Below are positions 10,614 through 20,986 of a stretch of DNA of 64,000 nucleotides, one piece after another. The stretch's first letter is position 1. Each line of letters starts with the position of its first letter. The DNA is from Candidatus Aenigmatarchaeota archaeon (GTDB lineage: Archaea > Aenigmatarchaeota > Aenigmatarchaeia > Aenigmatarchaeales > Aenigmatarchaeaceae). The notes below the pieces were generated by a model. That model saw only the letters and a list, made by a program, of their open reading frames with translations, was not told the origin of the DNA and made no database searches. The stretch lies in assembly GCA_043814985.1 (NCBI GenBank), contig JBDRJK010000014.1, positions 45,108-109,107 on the forward strand, written 5' to 3'. Both the position numbers and the translations under genes were made by a program.

Positions 10614-11961
10614 TCCTCAATTTACGCCAGATTACATACACTCGGCTCGTTGGGATTCTCTGTCACTCAGTGGTAGCCACTGGTATCCTGTGTTTTTATC
10701 ATATATGGTGAGCTTGTTAGAAAAGCACAGCCATGAATGTAGGCTTGTTGATGCCGAGGCGGAGAACCTTAGCGACAGTCAAGTCCTGAGGATTGCCAAA
10801 GAGTTCAAGCCGGATTTTTCCGTGCTGTACATCTCAGAGAGGGGACTAGGCGCCAACATGAATCTGGCAAAATCTATAAAGAACAGCACAAAATCCAAAA
10901 TAATTTTCGTAGGACCTTGGTGTTCTCTGGTAAAGAAGGAGAAAGTCAACAAGAAGATTGTCGACTTTTTCATAGAAGGCGAGTTTGAGTTCGCGGTCTT
11001 GAAAATAGTTGAAGGAAAAGGCAAGAAAGGATGCATCAGGACAGAGAGACTGACCCCAGAACAGCTGAAGGATCTTGGCTGGGTGACGAAGATATATCAA
11101 AAGCATCTGAACATCAACAACTACAGGATAAGTTCTCTTGAGCATAGGTTTGTGGATTTGCTGACATCGAGGAAATGCTACTGGGGCAGGTGCTCGTTCT
11201 GTCTGTGGCCATCAACAATACTACAAAAGGGTGGCTATGTCGAAAGAGATATTGAAGATTCTTTGGATGAGATTGAATGGGCTTGGAACAATTTGAATAT
11301 AAAAGAAATATTCATTCAGGATGATACAATATCGCCAAAAAGGGCGAAAGAGCTTTCAGAAGGTCTGATAAAGAGATGCTTGAAAATAAGCTGGGCCTGC
11401 TATGCCAGAGGCGATTTGGCGTTCACTCAGAAAATAGTCAACATGATGGCAAAGAGCGGCTGCCGCGTCGTTCACATAGGTTTTGAGAGCGGAAACAATG
11501 AAATACTAAAGAGGATGAACAAGGGAACGACTGTCGAGAACCTGACTGAGGTCAGCAGGCGTTTCAGGAAGGTGGGCATAGATGTTCACGGCGATTTCAT
11601 GATTGGGAATATCGGGGAAACACGAGAGACCATTCAGCAGACAATGAACTTTATCAAGAAGCTCGACCTCTCAATAGTCCAGATAGCGCCGCCAAAACTG
11701 TATGGTAATTGCAAGATTTACGAGTGGTATGCCCATAACAACGAGGGAGCGTACATAGACAAGAGAGGATTGCCGAACCTTAAGGACATAACGTACGAGG
11801 AGATGGTTGCCTTGGTGAAGAAGGGACTCAGAGACTATTACATGAGCAAGGAGTTCATATCAAGGACGCTGACCCATCCCTCTCAATTAAAAAGAGTTAT
11901 CGGTTCTGCTATTCCGGCAATCAAGTTCATGTTCAGCGGAAGAAAAGAGGTACCTGTCTGA
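10591..11961 (+). CDS. B12-binding radical SAM protein, HpnJ-like
   Basis: SARW...HWYP N-terminus, CYWGRCSFCLWP, QDDT, GFESG. Confidence 0.88.
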   Translation: MVKILAVNPQFTPDYIHSARWDSLSLSGSHWYPVFLSYMVSLLEKHSHECRLVDAEAENLSDSQVLRIAKEFKPDFSVLYISERGLGANMNLAKSIKNSTKSKIIFVGPWCSLVKKEKVNKKIVDFFIEGEFEFAVLKIVEGKGKKGCIRTERLTPEQLKDLGWVTKIYQKHLNINNYRISSLEHRFVDLLTSRKCYWGRCSFCLWPSTILQKGGYVERDIEDSLDEIEWAWNNLNIKEIFIQDDTISPKRAKELSEGLIKRCLKISWACYARGDLAFTQKIVNMMAKSGCRVVHIGFESGNNEILKRMNKGTTVENLTEVSRRFRKVGIDVHGDFMIGNIGETRETIQQTMNFIKKLDLSIVQIAPPKLYGNCKIYEWYAHNNEGAYIDKRGLPNLKDITYEEMVALVKKGLRDYYMSKEFISRTLTHPSQLKRVIGSAIPAIKFMFSGRKEVPV

Positions 11962-11970
11962 GATGATTCA

Positions 11971-12918
11971 ATGAAACCCAGCATAACTGTTTTGGTAACA
12001 ATAAAAAACTCAGCCCGTACAATAAAGAAATGTGTTGACTCGCTTCTGAAACAGAACTACAATAACTACAAGGTTTATGTTGTCGATTCCTTTTCCAATG
12101 ACGGCAGCTATGAGATACTGAAAAGTTATGGAAAGAAAATAAAGTTCGAGCAGTTCAAAAGCACGCCACCTCAGGCTTACAATCATGCAATCAAGAAGAT
12201 AAATACAACATTCGTTGCATTCACTGACGGCGACTGTGTGGCTGATAGTAACTGGTTAAAGAATTTAATTTCAGGATTCAAGACAGAAGATATAGCAGCA
12301 GTTGCTGGTTTCTGCAAGACGCCTAGAAACGTTAACTTCCTACAGAAACTAGTTGGCATTGAGCTGGAGAACAGGTTCAAGAAGTTTCCCAAATACATAC
12401 CTCGTGCACCTACCATGAACATTTGTGTGAGAACCAAGATTCTAAAGAAACTTATGTTCAACAGCAAGCTTTTTGTTGGTTATGACACTGATTTGGGATA
12501 CAGAGTGATAAGTACAGGGAAGAAAATCCTTTACGAACCAAAAGCAGTGATATATCATTATCACAGGGCCACATGGAAAAAAATATTCAAGCAGCAAATG
12601 ACTTATGCAAGGTACCTACCCCTGATATATTCCAAGCACAAGAAAAGAGTTGGAGGTGATTACATATCCAAGCCAACCATGATGTACCACCTAGCTGTAT
12701 TTTATCTGGCTGCTTTATTTCTATTCTTGAGTATCTTCTCAATAACATCTCTAGATTTTTTCGGCATATTTGTTTTGATATTCCTACTGATATCCGTATT
12801 TGAGTTTCTGAGCTTCAAAACGAAGAAGGAATATTTCCCCTACTTCCTTATGATATTCTTTGTCAGAACGCTTGCATGGTCAATAGGACTAGTTCTTGGC
12901 ATACTTGGAAGAGATTAG
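11971..12918 (+). CDS. Glycosyltransferase family 2 with C-terminal TM helices
   Basis: VVDSFSNDGS, FTDGDC, YDTDL. Confidence 0.9.
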   Translation: MKPSITVLVTIKNSARTIKKCVDSLLKQNYNNYKVYVVDSFSNDGSYEILKSYGKKIKFEQFKSTPPQAYNHAIKKINTTFVAFTDGDCVADSNWLKNLISGFKTEDIAAVAGFCKTPRNVNFLQKLVGIELENRFKKFPKYIPRAPTMNICVRTKILKKLMFNSKLFVGYDTDLGYRVISTGKKILYEPKAVIYHYHRATWKKIFKQQMTYARYLPLIYSKHKKRVGGDYISKPTMMYHLAVFYLAALFLFLSIFSITSLDFFGIFVLIFLLISVFEFLSFKTKKEYFPYFLMIFFVRTLAWSIGLVLGILGRD

Positions 12919-13616
12919 AAAATTCTTCCCAATATTTCCTTCTTGTACTTCATGGCAAACTTGATGTAACCGTGAGCTAGTTTGGAGAAGTTGCCTTTCT
13001 TGCCGCACTGATAGCTGCACCAGACAGAGACAGTTGATATCTTCATCTCTCTCTCCTTGGCTATCTGCAGGATTTCAAGTTCTATACCGAAGCCCTCCAA
13101 GTCAATTCTGGGAAGTATGTACTTGACAGCCTCTCTGGAATAGCACCTGAAGCCTGACGCGACATCAGTGAAGAAGCCCCCAGAAGACAAAAGCACTACC
13201 ATGGTTGAGAATACATTGAAAAATATCCTTAATTTTGGATAGCCCCTCAGTTTCATGTACCTTGACCCTATGACAATGTCCGAATATTTCTTCTTGACCA
13301 TCAGCTCGACAACAGGTATGTCCTTGGGATCATGCTGGCCGTCAGCGTCAATAGTTACAAGCATATTACCCTTTTCCTTGAGAAAACGCTTGAAGCCTTG
13401 TATTGTCGCATATCCCTTGCCTCGGTTGTCGGGATAGCTAAGCATTATTACCCTCTTGTTATTACCATACTTCTCCATGACAATCTTATATGTATTGTCG
13501 CAGCTTCCATCATCAACCAGAATAATCCTGTCAACATATTTCAGTGTCTTGCCTATAATATCGTTTATTGTTTTGCTTTCGTTGTAGGCACAAATCAATG
13601 CATAGGTCCTCATCAA
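12915..13616 (-). CDS. GT2, dolichol-phosphate glycosyltransferase (DPM1-like)
   Basis: CAYNE, VDDGSCD, NRGKG, IDADGQH, GSR, DVASGFR. Confidence 0.88.
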   Translation of the reverse strand: MMRTYALICAYNESKTINDIIGKTLKYVDRIILVDDGSCDNTYKIVMEKYGNNKRVIMLSYPDNRGKGYATIQGFKRFLKEKGNMLVTIDADGQHDPKDIPVVELMVKKKYSDIVIGSRYMKLRGYPKLRIFFNVFSTMVVLLSSGGFFTDVASGFRCYSREAVKYILPRIDLEGFGIELEILQIAKEREMKISTVSVWCSYQCGKKGNFSKLAHGYIKFAMKYKKEILGRIF

Positions 13617-15667
13617 ACGACCTCGTATATCTTTACCTGCTCATTCCTGAACACTTGCTCGAAATGCTCTAGGCCCTGTCCCTCAAGCATGAACATCTTG
13701 GTGAAAACAGAATCTCTCAGGGTTGGCGGTATCAATACAATGTAAGAATAATGCGCTGGTAACCATGCTGTCATTTGTATTGTCTCATTTACAAACCTGG
13801 CATTTAGCTGTCCCTCAAGAGGCTTGAGCGCTGTTATCATAGAGTTCAATTCCTCTTCAGTGAATGTTATGGAAATAGCTTCTGTCCCGTTATAAGTTAT
13901 AATCTCCTTGAATAGGGCAATGTTTATTCCTTGGACAAGCATTGGTATTGGTGGCTGGGTATTGTACACTAATATCTGTGTCTGCTGTCCCATGTCGTAA
14001 TTTCTAAACATCAAGTTTCCGTTGTTATCAGTGGACCTGGAACTTTCACCAAGCTGTATGTACAAAGGACATGATTCATCTGACACGCCGTCACAGCCAG
14101 TACCGAAGTATTGCAGCCATCTGAATTTTCCAATCAAGTCATCAGATGCTATCCAATAGACTTTTGGAGAGGTGCCCTGGTATTTTCTTATCAATTCCAG
14201 TGACTCGTTCTCGTTGCTGGTAACCATTATCTTTCCCAAATCCGTTATCCTGTCGTTGATTGTGTACAGGCAAGTCAACGTACAGTGAGCACCGTCTGCA
14301 AAGTTTCTACGTTCTGCAAGACCGTTGATCATATGTCCCGGATCCCACCACGTGCCGACAATAGAATTTTCCGGAGTTTCAGTCTTTAGGAAATTCCAGG
14401 CAGCATCCCAGTTAGGGCTCATGTCAGGCCCAAGGCCTTTACCCATCTCCAAACCCATGTTTGCTATAATAAGAACTAGGAATATACTGCCACCGATGAA
14501 AAACGATTTAACGACTTTTTCATGGTTTTTAATCCTTTCCATTAACATGCCAAAACCATATCCTATCATAGAAATAAAAATCACGCTTGTGAACTCTGTA
14601 AATCTTATGCCCCTGACTGTCGTGTACAATCCTACAACAAACAGAGTCATAAGAAAAGCCAGGTTAAAGAATTTATTCTTTTTGTAACTGCTGTAAAAAC
14701 CAAATGATATTAACAAAATAAATACCAGAAATATCAGGGAGTCAATCAAGCCATCTCCCATTGAAAACCTTCCCATTGCCAAAATCCACCCACCCAATTC
14801 AAATATGCTGAAGGGTTGAAGTTCTGCAATGGAAATATTCACTATCCACGTTTCAGGGTTCTGTGAAAATACCATCAAAGACCTGAACGACTTTAGCGGC
14901 TCAACTCCTGTTAAAAATCCTATGACAATCAAGCCTATTAAGAGGGCAACCAGAACCTTGCTCAAGCCCTTAATTTCCTTGAAGATGTCAATATCGGTTT
15001 TTCCAAGATTTTTCAGAACCAGACTTAAAATAATGAAAATCACTGCAGCTATCACCATTATGGCATAGGTATAGGAAAACAGTGTCCATGTCAGCATGAA
15101 GCATGAGAATGATATCAATGCCAGGCAAATGCTGCTTATAGTCTTCCTTTTCAAGGCATAAACGCCAGCGAACATTGTAAGCAGGATGAAGAAGAGAACC
15201 AATTGGTCCGTATCATAGGAACTGCCGAATGTTCTGACCAAGACCTGAGGCGCAGAAGCTACTAGGATCGCGCTAAAAAGGCCTCCATATTCGTTTGACA
15301 ATTCTTTAACCAATAGAAATGCAGGAATTGCTATTATGGCACCATAAAAGGCAGATGCAAGGGCTGATGTTGTCAAAAGGCTCATGCCAAAATTCTGCAG
15401 CAGCCAATAGAGCATGGTGGTTATATAGAACATGAGAGGGGCTGTGTAATCGTAATCAACAATTTTCCCCACATAATATGAAATTTCGTCCCATACTGGC
15501 AGATGCCCCCAGTTTGCCATGTAATAGGTCTGCCTGTACATGAAAACAGGGTCGAATGACAATATCCTATCAGGGACTATGTTGAACGATCTTATGTAAA
15601 AACTGAAGGCAACTATGCCTAACAGCACGAATACATACCAGTATTTTTTCAAAATATTTACTTTCAT
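13613..15667 (-). CDS. aglB: STT3/AglB-family oligosaccharyltransferase
   Basis: FDP, DTD, SIAEL, WWDPG and DLIGK motifs; multi-TM N-terminal region. Confidence 0.88.
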   Translation of the reverse strand: MKVNILKKYWYVFVLLGIVAFSFYIRSFNIVPDRILSFDPVFMYRQTYYMANWGHLPVWDEISYYVGKIVDYDYTAPLMFYITTMLYWLLQNFGMSLLTTSALASAFYGAIIAIPAFLLVKELSNEYGGLFSAILVASAPQVLVRTFGSSYDTDQLVLFFILLTMFAGVYALKRKTISSICLALISFSCFMLTWTLFSYTYAIMVIAAVIFIILSLVLKNLGKTDIDIFKEIKGLSKVLVALLIGLIVIGFLTGVEPLKSFRSLMVFSQNPETWIVNISIAELQPFSIFELGGWILAMGRFSMGDGLIDSLIFLVFILLISFGFYSSYKKNKFFNLAFLMTLFVVGLYTTVRGIRFTEFTSVIFISMIGYGFGMLMERIKNHEKVVKSFFIGGSIFLVLIIANMGLEMGKGLGPDMSPNWDAAWNFLKTETPENSIVGTWWDPGHMINGLAERRNFADGAHCTLTCLYTINDRITDLGKIMVTSNENESLELIRKYQGTSPKVYWIASDDLIGKFRWLQYFGTGCDGVSDESCPLYIQLGESSRSTDNNGNLMFRNYDMGQQTQILVYNTQPPIPMLVQGINIALFKEIITYNGTEAISITFTEEELNSMITALKPLEGQLNARFVNETIQMTAWLPAHYSYIVLIPPTLRDSVFTKMFMLEGQGLEHFEQVFRNEQVKIYEVV

Positions 15668-15720
15668 AATTACTAAGAAAAATTAGAAAACAAAGTATAA
15701 AAAGGTTCAGTCTTACCGTT

Positions 15721-16890
15721 CTACAACATGCCCAACAAGACAAAACTGACAGCAAATAGCACAATATTCTGCAGCAGAATCAGCAAGGCGAACAGCTTGA
15801 CCCTTCCCAGCCCCTGCAAGTAGTTGGTGTATATCATGTTAAAACCGAAAACCAGCCCAAAAGAGACTAGAGCCTTGAATATTAGCAGGCTTGGCAGATA
15901 GCTTTCGAAGAATGAGGCAAAGAGCCAGTCCGAAAACAGAATAACAAACAATATTCCAATCAAGAATACAGGTGTGTAGAGCAGGAATCCCTTCTTCAGG
16001 ATATTTTTTGCATCCCCATGCCTCTTAAAGCCGTTGAGCTCTGATACTTTCGGGAACACCACAGAAGATATTGCTGTTGGAACTAGCAGTGTTGCAAAAT
16101 AAAAGAGGAAGGCGAATGAAAAGTAACCGATTGCCTCCGGGGAGAAGAAGAGATTCAAGACAGGGATGATGATTGTAAACAGATTGATGATTATCCATGT
16201 GAAATACACAGGCAAGCTGAACTTCATGAATATTTTTTTGACATCAAATTCCTCTGTTTTTTTAATCACCCCTTCTTTGAAAAAGAACTTCAAATTGAAT
16301 ATGTTTCCGATTAAAAACCCGAAACTCCAGCCTAGAACTGCATAGGAGATTCCAAAGGAGCTCAGCAAGACACTAAGAACAGCAGAGCTTGTTAGCGTCA
16401 GGAACTGGGACAAGGCAAAAAGTTTGAACTTATGGAAGCCAAGGACAATGTTCTGGAAAACAATAAAGAATGTCATGCCTGCCATCAGAACCCCTGGAAA
16501 CACCAGATAGTTGAGTGAGGCGTCCTTCAGGAATACTGAGGCTATTTGCTCGTTGAAAACTAGGATCAGGGCTATCAGGACTGAATAGCTGAAAATCCTT
16601 ATTTTCAAGAACCATTTGATCAGGTAGCCGGCTTTTTCTCTGCTTGTACTCTTGAATTCAGAGATATATTTTGTTAAAGTTGCGTAAGCGCCGAACTCTA
16701 TTAGAATAGGGAAGAACGTGAAAAGATAAGAGATGACCTTGAAGACGCCAAAATCTACAGCTCCCAGCTGGTTTGCAAGAAGCAGGTTACCAAAAAACAG
16801 GATTATGTTAGCGGAAAGGCTTGCTAAAAGTATTAAACCGCCGCTCCTTGCCAAGTCCCCTTTCAGAAGGGAAAGAATAGCCACTTTCAT
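15721..16890 (-). CDS. Oligosaccharide flippase (MOP/Wzx family)
   Basis: Multi-TM; LGAVDFG, IGYFSFA, VVFPKVS patterns; glycosylation context. Confidence 0.85.
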   Translation of the reverse strand: MKVAILSLLKGDLARSGGLILLASLSANIILFFGNLLLANQLGAVDFGVFKVISYLFTFFPILIEFGAYATLTKYISEFKSTSREKAGYLIKWFLKIRIFSYSVLIALILVFNEQIASVFLKDASLNYLVFPGVLMAGMTFFIVFQNIVLGFHKFKLFALSQFLTLTSSAVLSVLLSSFGISYAVLGWSFGFLIGNIFNLKFFFKEGVIKKTEEFDVKKIFMKFSLPVYFTWIIINLFTIIIPVLNLFFSPEAIGYFSFAFLFYFATLLVPTAISSVVFPKVSELNGFKRHGDAKNILKKGFLLYTPVFLIGILFVILFSDWLFASFFESYLPSLLIFKALVSFGLVFGFNMIYTNYLQGLGRVKLFALLILLQNIVLFAVSFVLLGML

Positions 16891-16995
16891 TTAATTAAAT
16901 AACCTCTTTTTAAAGATAAAAGTTACTTCCTAAAAACCTTGAAAATTATAGTAATGTTTATATGGTGGGCTATAATAATATTTTTAGGTGTTGTA

Positions 16996-19900
16996 TTGAA
17001 TAAAAAGGGTTTTATTAAGTTTAGTCTGCTTTCTATGGTATTTTTATCAATTATTGCAGTCATGGTCCTCTGGGTTCTACCAGCATTCGCTGATGTTGAT
17101 CCAGGAGAACTGCAGGGTTATGACTTTTGTGGTGGGTATCCTTGCCCTTCTTGGGTTAATTTGACAAGAGGAGACATGTTCTTTGCAGACGGAAATGATG
17201 TTTATATAATTGCCAACATCAGCTGTGCAAATCCCCCAGGAGAAAATATTTGTAATTCAAGCATGACTGTTGATGCCGATTTTTCCCAAATAGGAGGAAG
17301 CGATGTCCAGCCCGGTGTATTCAAGCAAAACGGAACAGATGCCAGCTGGGCTATTTTCGAGTTTAATGATACAGTAGACTTCACATCATTGTCAGTAGAA
17401 CAGATTCAACCTAATAACATTACCATGAACGCAACAATTTTTAACACTACTTCTGATTCATACGAAACATATGACTTGCCCAGTTTTTTTGCTCCAGTAT
17501 TGCTGGTTAACATGTCAACTTTCGGTTGCCCTTCAGAAGGTCAGCCGGGAGTCTTTTTCCCCGAGGTTCCGGGGTGGAATGCGTCAAATTCGTCTCCGGT
17601 ATTTAGTCCTATACAGGCAGTGGGATGTACGCAAAACGTTTCATTGTGCTCTTATATGGACACATACGGTCCTGGGACATGGAACGGCACGCACTGGTTG
17701 GTATGCGCACCCAACTTTGGAGGGTCAACAACAAACTTTACGGAGATAGCGGATGCAGGCAATTTCTCTGCCATACAAAACTTCACCATAGAAGTTCCGG
17801 GAAAAGCCAAAATCATTTTCCAGACAAATGTTAGTTTCGATTCCCAGCAAGAATCTCAGGCCATAATGGAATTCGCTATGAAAAGTGTTATGGGAGGAGG
17901 AAGAGTGGGAATCAATGACACGGAGTTCTGTGGAGACAGTTGCGGTCAGCCCGATAAACCTAACCTAAATCTGTCTGCAAGGTTAACAATCTACAATGTT
18001 TCCGGCCAGTTAGGAATAACAGGAAATCCACAAATAATAAGGATGGGCTACGACGGTTCGAATCCACAATCATGCCCACCGAGCATATGTTCTGACATTA
18101 TCTGGGACGGAGAGAATCTAACATTTACAGTTTCAAGCTTTTCCAGCTATCAGGCCACTGATGGTATAAACGTATCTCTTGTTTCGCCTGGAAACACCAA
18201 TTGGACGAACAACAGAACTATTAATTTTAATTACATGCCTGTTTGGAACGATTCTATGACAATGAGCAACTGCACACTTTTTGGAAACTTTACAGGCAGC
18301 TGGGAGGCAAATGAGACCAACAGCACTCCACTTTCAAATGGCGCTACAAATATCATTTCAAACACTGTGAACGATGATGTCGCATACTTGTGGAACGTGG
18401 AATGTTATGATAACACAGGATTGGGTGATACAGGAACAACTAATTATACTGTCATGGTGGATAGCATAGCTCCAACATGGTCTAATCAAAGCTACAATAC
18501 AACACCCAATTACTCGTCATCGACACCTTCCTACTTCAACATAAGCTGGTCAGATGCCAATGGAATATCAAAAGTCATTCTGGTTGGCAACTGGTCGGGC
18601 GGTCAAGAGTATGAGATGAACAACTTGGGCGGCGACGTTTACGGCTTCAATATCACTCTACCAGCTGGTATTTATTATTGGCTGTCTTATGCAAACGACT
18701 CTTCAAACTATACAAATACATCAAACGGTTGGGCATTCATAATAGGTCAGGCATCTAATCCTGTTAGTCTTTATTTCAATGGAACCCAGAACTTAAACAA
18801 GACATACACTTATCCAGAAGCTGTTAACGCTACTGGAACATCAACCGTGTTAACACCATCTCTGTACAGAGATGGTGCATCAGTAGGAACTGATGAGCAA
18901 GTATTGCTTGGGAATGGGACGTATGCTTACAAGATAAATGCAACCGGTAACGCTAACTATTCAGACAATGTAACCGGTCTGACCTATTACGCACTTGTGA
19001 ATATGGGAATGCCTTCAACAATTTTGGAATGGAATGAGAGCACGCCAGTTGATTTTGGATTCATAATAAATTTCACATCATACTCTTCAGATACAACTCT
19101 TGCAACAACATTTTACGCCAACTACTCTGGTGTTTTGGCTAACATATCTCCAGCAACTACTGGTCTTAACACAAACATAACCGATACATCTAATCTTGGT
19201 TTGGGTGTGTATCAAGTTGCTGCCAACACTACAGGCAATGCTAACTATTCAGACAACTCAACCTTGGAGACCATAGTGTTTACAGTTTCTGATATCTCTT
19301 CACCTACATGGTCTGTCAACCAGAGCTCCAACCCGACGAACTATTCTTCAACTCTCAGTACATTCAACGTGACATGGAACGACAATACAGATATTTCCGA
19401 CGTACTGATAACAATCAGGAATTCTACGGGCGTTTTAATCAACAACGCTTCCATGACCAATGACACCTTTAATGGTTCTATCTATAATTATTCTATAATA
19501 TTGCCAGCTGACACATACAACTGGACAGCATATGCCAACGATACTTCTGGAACTTGGAACGCAACAGACACTTGGATATTTACGATTAGCCAAGCCAATA
19601 ACCCAGTCAGCCTTTATTTCAACGGCACAGAGAACGCAAACAAAACATACACCTACCCAGCAGCAATCAACGCAACAGCAACATCTGGAGGAACTGTTTA
19701 TCTTTATAGGAACGGAACCCACATAGCCAATGGAACTTCTCCACAAGCAGAAAATATCCTATTGGGAAACAACACCTACCCGTACAAAGTCAATGCAACT
19801 GGAAATGCAAACTATACTAGCAATTCAACAGGCCTGACTTATTATGCTTCTGTCAACAAAGGGACATTGGTTCTGATGATTAATGCAACACCTTCAACCT

Positions 19901-20940
19901 CGGTCACATATCCTGCCGAGACAACAGTCACTGGAACAGAAAACAACATTAATGATACGAATGTCACATACAGGCTTTGGAGAGACGCTACCTTGGTCGA
20001 CAACACAACCCCTTACCAGGAAGTTACAACCCTAGGCGGAGGCACATACGTCTACAGGTTCAATACAACAGGCAATGGGAACTGGACTGCCGACCCAGTT
20101 GGCGTTACACTAACAATGACTGTCGCAGGAGCTGCCTTCACGCCTGGTGGCGGAAGCGGTACTGTACCAATTCCCACAAAAATGACAAGAACGCCCGGAA
20201 AAGTCAATATCACTGTTCCGTCCATATCAGCAGGCAGGACATTGAATATTACAATACAGAAAACAGAGGACATAGCATTCAGAAAGCTAAGCGTCACTAT
20301 GATCAACACTGCGAGCAAGATAGGGATAATCATAACCAAGCTGTCAAGAATGCCCTCAACCATATCTCATGATATAGAAGGAAAGGTTTACCATTACATC
20401 AATGTAGAAAAGGATAACATCACTGACGCGGACATCAACAGGACAATAATAAGGCTTGCTGTCAACAATACCTGGCTGTCTGACAACAACATCAACTCTT
20501 TGAATATCAGTCTCTACAGGTGGGAAGACACCAACTGGAACGAACTGCCGACCTACTATTCTTTTAATGATTCCTTTGAGTATTATTACGAGGCCATATC
20601 ACCCGGGTTTTCCGTGTTCGCGATTGGAGAATCGGGTAGCGCGCCTGAAATAGAGGAGACAGCATGCTCAGAGAGCTGGTCATGCACTGAATGGTCAGAA
20701 TGCTCTAATACAACACAAACAAGAACATGCACTGACTCCAATTCCTGCGGTACAACTGCCAGCAAGCCCACTGAAACACAGGAATGTGGAACAGTTGAGG
20801 CAGATATCACAGTCGAAGAATTGCCAACAGCAACAATTGTGGCAGTCGCGCTGCTAATCGTGATAGTTATTGCCGTACTTCTTTTCCTCAAGAGCAGGGG
20901 AAAAATCACTGTTGGATCTCCAAAAGAGGACTATTATTAG
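16996..20940 (+). CDS. Large surface glycoprotein with PGF-pre-PGF domain, TSP1-like motif and C-terminal TM anchor
   Basis: Signal peptide, dense N-x-S/T sequons, SPGFSVFAI, WSCTEWSEC, TM + basic tail; TTG 16996 follows AGGTG SD (ORF track start 16939). Confidence 0.85.
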   Translation: MNKKGFIKFSLLSMVFLSIIAVMVLWVLPAFADVDPGELQGYDFCGGYPCPSWVNLTRGDMFFADGNDVYIIANISCANPPGENICNSSMTVDADFSQIGGSDVQPGVFKQNGTDASWAIFEFNDTVDFTSLSVEQIQPNNITMNATIFNTTSDSYETYDLPSFFAPVLLVNMSTFGCPSEGQPGVFFPEVPGWNASNSSPVFSPIQAVGCTQNVSLCSYMDTYGPGTWNGTHWLVCAPNFGGSTTNFTEIADAGNFSAIQNFTIEVPGKAKIIFQTNVSFDSQQESQAIMEFAMKSVMGGGRVGINDTEFCGDSCGQPDKPNLNLSARLTIYNVSGQLGITGNPQIIRMGYDGSNPQSCPPSICSDIIWDGENLTFTVSSFSSYQATDGINVSLVSPGNTNWTNNRTINFNYMPVWNDSMTMSNCTLFGNFTGSWEANETNSTPLSNGATNIISNTVNDDVAYLWNVECYDNTGLGDTGTTNYTVMVDSIAPTWSNQSYNTTPNYSSSTPSYFNISWSDANGISKVILVGNWSGGQEYEMNNLGGDVYGFNITLPAGIYYWLSYANDSSNYTNTSNGWAFIIGQASNPVSLYFNGTQNLNKTYTYPEAVNATGTSTVLTPSLYRDGASVGTDEQVLLGNGTYAYKINATGNANYSDNVTGLTYYALVNMGMPSTILEWNESTPVDFGFIINFTSYSSDTTLATTFYANYSGVLANISPATTGLNTNITDTSNLGLGVYQVAANTTGNANYSDNSTLETIVFTVSDISSPTWSVNQSSNPTNYSSTLSTFNVTWNDNTDISDVLITIRNSTGVLINNASMTNDTFNGSIYNYSIILPADTYNWTAYANDTSGTWNATDTWIFTISQANNPVSLYFNGTENANKTYTYPAAINATATSGGTVYLYRNGTHIANGTSPQAENILLGNNTYPYKVNATGNANYTSNSTGLTYYASVNKGTLVLMINATPSTSVTYPAETTVTGTENNINDTNVTYRLWRDATLVDNTTPYQEVTTLGGGTYVYRFNTTGNGNWTADPVGVTLTMTVAGAAFTPGGGSGTVPIPTKMTRTPGKVNITVPSISAGRTLNITIQKTEDIAFRKLSVTMINTASKIGIIITKLSRMPSTISHDIEGKVYHYINVEKDNITDADINRTIIRLAVNNTWLSDNNINSLNISLYRWEDTNWNELPTYYSFNDSFEYYYEAISPGFSVFAIGESGSAPEIEETACSESWSCTEWSECSNTTQTRTCTDSNSCGTTASKPTETQECGTVEADITVEELPTATIVAVALLIVIVIAVLLFLKSRGKITVGSPKEDYY

Positions 20941-20986
20941 ACTTAAATTCTTTACATTTCAAATTATAAGATAAGTTTTTTAAAAC

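Noticed and set aside
9674..10644. Self-splicing or bulge-helix-bulge intron interpretation
   Set aside because: No intron core or BHB pairing recognised by eye, and the downstream gene has its own complete start; not excluded without RNA data
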